This document shows, piece after piece, positions 60,477 to 64,000 of a DNA stretch of 64,000 nucleotides. The stretch lies in the NCBI GenBank assembly GCA_963716025.1, contig CAVQSY010000050.1:115632-179631 (forward strand), read 5' to 3'. The stretch's first letter is position 1; the number at the start of each line of letters is the position of its first letter. The DNA is from an uncultured Chloroflexia bacterium. GTDB lineage: Bacteria > Chloroflexota > Limnocylindria > Limnocylindrales > CSP1-4. Below the pieces are notes generated by a model that worked only from the letters and a program-made list of their open reading frames with translations, had not been told where the DNA came from and made no database searches. Made by a program: the position numbers and the translations under genes.

Positions 60477-60917
60477 CTACTGCCAGAAGCCCGCTGCTGA
60501 GTACGCGTACTTGATGCCGTACAGCTTCTTGACCGACGAGCCGTTGATCCGGTCGATCCTGATCCAGTCGGCGCCACCCGTGCCGCACGTGACGGCCTCG
60601 TAGGGATCGCCGGTCACCGTGCCGGCCACGCGGACCTTGGTCAGCTTCACCGCCCTGACAAGCACCTCGTCCGTCATCGTGGGGCCCGTCCGTATGGCCA
60701 CGCCCGCGCAGATCGCGAGCATCTTGAGCGCCACCGCGGGGGTTGGCTCGGGGGCGACCGTTGGAGCGTCAGTCGGGACGGGGGCCGTGGTTGCGGCAGG
60801 CGGATCCGTGGGCGATGTGGCCGACGCCGATGGCGACGCCTCGGGGCCGCCGCAACCCGCAAGCACGGCGAGGGCGAGCGTCGCGGCCAGACCGCCAGCG
60901 ATGATCCGACGCAGCAT
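60477..60917 (-). CDS. secreted lipoprotein, function unknown
   Basis: ATG 60917. Signal plus lipobox LAVLAGCGG, Pro/Thr/Ala linker, and a ~90-aa beta-rich domain ending YAYSAAGFWQ. Confidence 0.6.
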   Translation of the reverse strand: MLRRIIAGGLAATLALAVLAGCGGPEASPSASATSPTDPPAATTAPVPTDAPTVAPEPTPAVALKMLAICAGVAIRTGPTMTDEVLVRAVKLTKVRVAGTVTGDPYEAVTCGTGGADWIRIDRINGSSVKKLYGIKYAYSAAGFWQ

Positions 60918-61016
60918 TCCCGGTCCCTCCTGGTGCGGTGCGGTGTTGTCGATCAGGATAGGCGCCCCGCGCGAATTGCACGAGTCGACGCCGCGAGCAT
61001 GCCCACAATGGGCGGC

Positions 61017-61592
61017 ATGGAGATCCTCCCCGCGTCCCGGGACCGCTGGCCCGCGATTGCCACGCTGTTCGCCGCGGGCGGCGACCCGAAGTGGTGCTGG
61101 TGCCAGTTCTGGCGCAAGGCCGGGTCCAACTGGACGAACACGCGCCCCGGACGACAACCGCGTCGTCGCTGCGAGGCGCTGGTGGGACAGGAGCCGCGCC
61201 GGGTCTCGTTGCCGATGCAGGACGGCGCCGCCATCGGCTGGGTCGGCCTGGGGCCACGGGAGGACTTCCCGCGGCTGGCTCGCTCGCGGACGCTCCCGCA
61301 GCTGCCCGGGGACGACGTCTGGTCGATCAACTGCTTCGTCGTGGCCCGCCGGCAGCGTGGCCGTGGCGTCGGGGATGCGCTGCTGGCGGCTGCCGTTGAC
61401 TACGCCCGGGTCCACGGTGCTCGTCTCGTCGAGGGCTTTCCGGTCGAGACGGGTGGTGAACGCATGCCGTCGGCCGGCGCCTACACGGGCACGCGCGGGA
61501 TGTTCGAGCGCAACGGGTTCGCCGTTGCGGCCCCCACGACATCGAAGGCGCACGGCGGGCGGCCGCGGGTGGTGATGCGGCGCGAGCCGTGA
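61017..61592 (+). CDS. GNAT family N-acetyltransferase
   Basis: ATG 61017 (MEILPAS). KWCWCQFWR motif. Acetyl-CoA loop RRQRGRGVGDALL. Confidence 0.7.
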   Translation: MEILPASRDRWPAIATLFAAGGDPKWCWCQFWRKAGSNWTNTRPGRQPRRRCEALVGQEPRRVSLPMQDGAAIGWVGLGPREDFPRLARSRTLPQLPGDDVWSINCFVVARRQRGRGVGDALLAAAVDYARVHGARLVEGFPVETGGERMPSAGAYTGTRGMFERNGFAVAAPTTSKAHGGRPRVVMRREP

Positions 61593-61611
61593 TGCGGCCC
61601 GGCCGGCGGTG

Positions 61612-62501
61612 CTAGAACCCGAACACCTCTGCGCACGGGTTCTCGCCGGCGACGATCGGCCGGACGGTCAGCCCGAACGTCGCGCTGGTCGCCGGGTCCT
61701 GCGTCCACTGCGTCAACTGGTTCGCGGCCTCGAGCGCCGGTCGGAGGACCGCTGCATCCTCACCGTCGACCAGTCCGCAGCGGTCGCTCCCGTCCAGGAC
61801 GGGCCCTCCGAACGTGGCGAGTGGGGTCTCGAGCGGCCAGTCGGCGATCGACCCCGGGAGACCGGCCTGCGGATCGGGGGCGGGCCGATGAGGATGGCGT
61901 AGGCGGTTGGCGTGTAGGGCTGCTCCGGCCCCAGCTCGGCAGGGAGCGTCGCCGGGAGCGATGTGATCCTCCGCCAGAGCTCGGAGAAGGCAACGGGGGT
62001 GCCTGGCTCGAGGACCCCATCCACCTCCGGGACGCCGGTCAGCGTGACCTGCTGCCCGTCGACGGTCAGCTCGATCCGCCCGGTCATGCCGCCGGCGAGC
62101 CCGAGATCGCCCACGAAGTCGGTCTTGCCCGACAGCAGGCCCAGCTCGCGGGCCCAGCCGATGATCGCCTCCTGGCCGGCAGCACTGACCTCGCGCGCGG
62201 CAAGCGGCGTGACCAGCGGTCCCGGGAAGATCGCGGGCACGGCGCCCGGGACCAGGAACCGGCCGTCACCGGTGATCACGGCGGCCGGCGTGAAGGCGAA
62301 CAGGTTCTGTGGCGGGATCGCCTGCCAGGACGTCATGCGGAGCCAGTAGGTGGCGCCGGTCGGGCCGGGCGTCGGCGTGGCGATGACCGGGGTTGGCGGG
62401 GCCGATGTCGAGCCGGGGACCGGCGTGGGCGTCGCACCACTGCAGGCGGCGGCGACGAGCGAGACGGCGATGGCGGAGAGAAAGGCACTGGGCGGTCGCA
62501 T
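61612..62501 (-). pseudogene. secreted lipoprotein, frame interrupted once
   Basis: ATG 62501. Lipobox LVAAACSG. After ..TAYAILIGP the protein continues in another frame (PDPQAGLPGSIADWPLETPLATFGG...NPCAEVFGF*, stop 61612). The break lies in the G5 run at 61876-61880. Confidence 0.55.
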
Positions 62502-62616
62502 CACACGGTCCTCGGGATCTGGAGATCGTTCAGGGAGCCGACGGCGCCGGCGCGCGGCGGGTTCCACGAGCATCCGCCGGCTCCGGCGCGAAAGTCGACA
62601 CCCCGCGAACATTGGG

Positions 62617-62646
62617 TTGACGTGATCCCCGAGACCGTCGTAGACT
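62617..62646 (+). promoter_or_regulatory. sigma70-like promoter candidate TTGACG-18-TAGACT
   Basis: Hexamers at 62617-62622 and 62641-62646 in an otherwise gene-free 495-bp gap. Confidence 0.3.
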
Positions 62647-62817
62647 CCGCGCCGGTCGAGCAGGTCGCTCGGCACGTCCTGTACCGGAGGCGGAAGCCAG
62701 ATGGTGAAGAACGCAGTCTCCTACCCGCGAATGGCGGATGCCCTCGGCACCGTCTGCGGGAGAGGTGTGCCCACCACAAGGTAGGACGCGGGGCGTGACG
62801 CCCAGGAGCGACCAGCC

Positions 62818-62856
62818 GAGCCGTGGGCCACCGGGCCCCCGGCTCTTTCGTTTATC
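62818..62856 (+). terminator. intrinsic terminator candidate
   Basis: GC-rich hairpin GAGCCG-U-GGGCC-ACCG-GGCCC-C-CGGCUC (62818-62845), followed by UUUCGUUUAUC. Confidence 0.5.
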
Positions 62857-62996
62857 TGGGCATGTGCAGGCCCGGATGAACCCCGAGCCGCGAGGCCCCG
62901 AACGCCGGGCCCGCGGCTCGTCCCATGTCCGGGACCCCGCGATCCGGCTCGCACCCGAGTCAACGAGCCACCAGTCAGCTACCACAGGAGGGTCCC

Positions 62997-63950
62997 GTGA
63001 CCACCACCCTCGCACCCGAACCGAAGACGAACACTCCGACGTCGAGCCCGCTGCCGGCCTCCAACGCCGACATCGAGCCCGCCGCGCGGATCCCGGACGG
63101 TCCGGACGCCGAGGGCAGCTCCCTCCGGCCCCCGGTCCCGGCCGGCCCGCCGGCCCTCCTCGTCGAGCACGTCACCAAGCGCTTCAACGTCGGCCGGCGC
63201 AAGCCCCCGGTCCTCGCGATCGACGACGTCTCGCTCCGCCTGGAGCGGGGCGCGATCCACGGGATCCTGGGTGCCAACGGCTCCGGCAAGTCGACCCTCA
63301 TCCGTCTCGTCTCGGGGTTGCTGACCCTGGACGAGGGCCGCGTTGAGGTATTCGGCCTCGACATCGAGCGCGACGAGCTCGCCGTGAAGCGGCTGATCAA
63401 CCGGGTGAGCGTCGATGCGGCCTTCTTCAAGAAGCTGAGCCCGATGGAGAACCTGCTGTTCGCCGCCCGCCTCTACGGCCTCGATGCCCGTGGGGCGAAG
63501 CGCCGGGCCACGGAGATCCTCGGCCGGCTCGGCATCGCGCAGAGCCGCCTCGGACGCCCGGTGGAGCAGATGAGCCGGGGGATGCAGCAGAAGGTCGCCA
63601 TCGCGCGAGCCCTGCTGACGAGCCCGACCCTGCTGCTCCTCGATGAGCCCACCACGGGCCTCGACCCGCGGAGCAAGCTCGACGTCCAAGCGTTCGTCGA
63701 GGAGGTCAACGCCTCACACGAGGCCACGATCGTCCTCACCACGCACGACCTGGAGGAGGCGGAGCGGCTGTCCGACCGGATCACGATCCTCGATGGAGGA
63801 CGCGTGGTCGCCGAGGACACGCCCGACGGCCTCAAGCGACTGGTCGCGGAGCGCCACGGGCAGCTGCCCACGCTCCACGCCGTGTTCATGACCTACACCG
63901 GCCGCTCCCTGGACGAGGACGTCGAGGAGGACGGCGACACCGATGAATGA
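62997..63950 (+). CDS. ABC transporter ATP-binding protein (ABC-2/DrrA-like)
   Basis: AGGAGG (62986-62991) lies 5 nt before GTG 62997. GANGSGKST, MSRGMQQK, LLLLDEPTTGLD. Pro-rich ~60-aa N-terminal extension. Confidence 0.88.
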   Translation: MTTTLAPEPKTNTPTSSPLPASNADIEPAARIPDGPDAEGSSLRPPVPAGPPALLVEHVTKRFNVGRRKPPVLAIDDVSLRLERGAIHGILGANGSGKSTLIRLVSGLLTLDEGRVEVFGLDIERDELAVKRLINRVSVDAAFFKKLSPMENLLFAARLYGLDARGAKRRATEILGRLGIAQSRLGRPVEQMSRGMQQKVAIARALLTSPTLLLLDEPTTGLDPRSKLDVQAFVEEVNASHEATIVLTTHDLEEAERLSDRITILDGGRVVAEDTPDGLKRLVAERHGQLPTLHAVFMTYTGRSLDEDVEEDGDTDE

Positions 63951-64000
63951 CCCGAAAGGAACCATCCCGATGCAAGAGCTCGAATACCGGATAGCGGTGT
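63943..64000 (+). CDS. 5' fragment of the next gene (probably the cognate ABC-2 permease), truncated by the window edge
   Basis: ATG 63943 overlaps the ATPase stop. Only 19 codons are visible, so function is inferred from position only. Confidence 0.25.
   Translation, partial: MNDPKGTIPMQELEYRIAV

Noticed and set aside
61130-61220. Possible additional compensating frame-shift pair inside the GNAT gene 61017..61592
   Set aside because: An alternative frame gives ..AAPGLVA.., which looks family-like. However, the in-frame reading (..CEALVGQEP..) is also plausible and uninterrupted. This is undecidable by eye.
3620-61885. Programmed ribosomal frameshifting or transcriptional slippage as the cause of the frame breaks
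   Set aside because: There are no slippery heptamers or downstream pseudoknot-like structures at the junctions. The affected genes are unrelated and are not known to use recoding. Indel error or mutation is far more economical.
62650-62856. Assignment of the leader to a known riboswitch class (cobalamin, glycine, guanidine-I)
   Set aside because: There are fragments of resemblance: GGAAGCC..GGUGAAGAA..CCCGCGAAUGG and GCCCAGGAGCGACC versus the B12 core and B12 box, and CGGGAGAG..CACCACAAGG versus the glycine riboswitch. The highly conserved elements (e.g. GCCACUG) are missing. I cannot justify a class call without a covariance-model search.

Overview
This is a 64-kb chromosomal window from a very GC-rich bacterium. 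G+C was not computed, but antisense shadow ORFs are pervasive, as expected for high GC. Gene content looks Actinomycetota-like (FhaA/FhaB-RodA-PbpA cluster, MoxR-DUF58-transglutaminase, HisN, tig-clpP-clpX), but the taxon cannot be fixed by eye. I can support about 65 genes, one tRNA-Leu(UAG), one T-box leader, one in-frame tandem repeat and a few regulatory sites.

Gene order:
- rarA, a P-loop kinase and murJ
- a disrupted C39-like peptidase and a disrupted RDD gene
- a vapBC toxin-antitoxin pair
- a translationally coupled serine-biosynthesis trio (class V aminotransferase, serA, histidine-phosphatase-family protein)
- transglutaminase-DUF58-MoxR
- pbpA-rodA-fhaB-fhaA
- a double zinc-ribbon protein with an (EP)n-VAAA repeat
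- a YihY / HTH / FmdB / zinc-ribbon operon
- a LacI-controlled sugar ABC transporter plus amylosucrase-like GH13 operon
- valS with a T-box leader
- clpX-clpP-tig and tRNA-Leu
- cinA, ycaQ, crp and mrp
- potADBC plus a class III aminotransferase
- an Ula/SgaT-type PTS (IIA-IIB-IIC plus an HPr-like gene) with ptsI and ptsH
- hisN-like, two GNAT genes, a class II aldolase, RidA and lipoproteins
- the start of an ABC-2-type transporter

The most striking global property is at least ten single-nucleotide frame breaks inside conserved genes, including rodA and moxR. Several lie in short homopolymers. I read most of them as consensus indel errors rather than biology, but this needs read-level checking.

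I found no recognisable defence island, CRISPR array, transposase or integrase, and I cannot honestly name a new system. The most unexplained pieces are:
- a self-contained promoter / RBS / 27-codon sORF / terminator cassette upstream of the terminal ABC transporter (62617-62856)
- a cluster of three zinc-ribbon/disordered proteins beside the kinase-less FHA-RodA-PbpA module (18260-23457)
- a Walker-A-less secretion-ATPase-like gene (59319-60078)

All calls rest on motif recognition by eye. No searches or folding were run.
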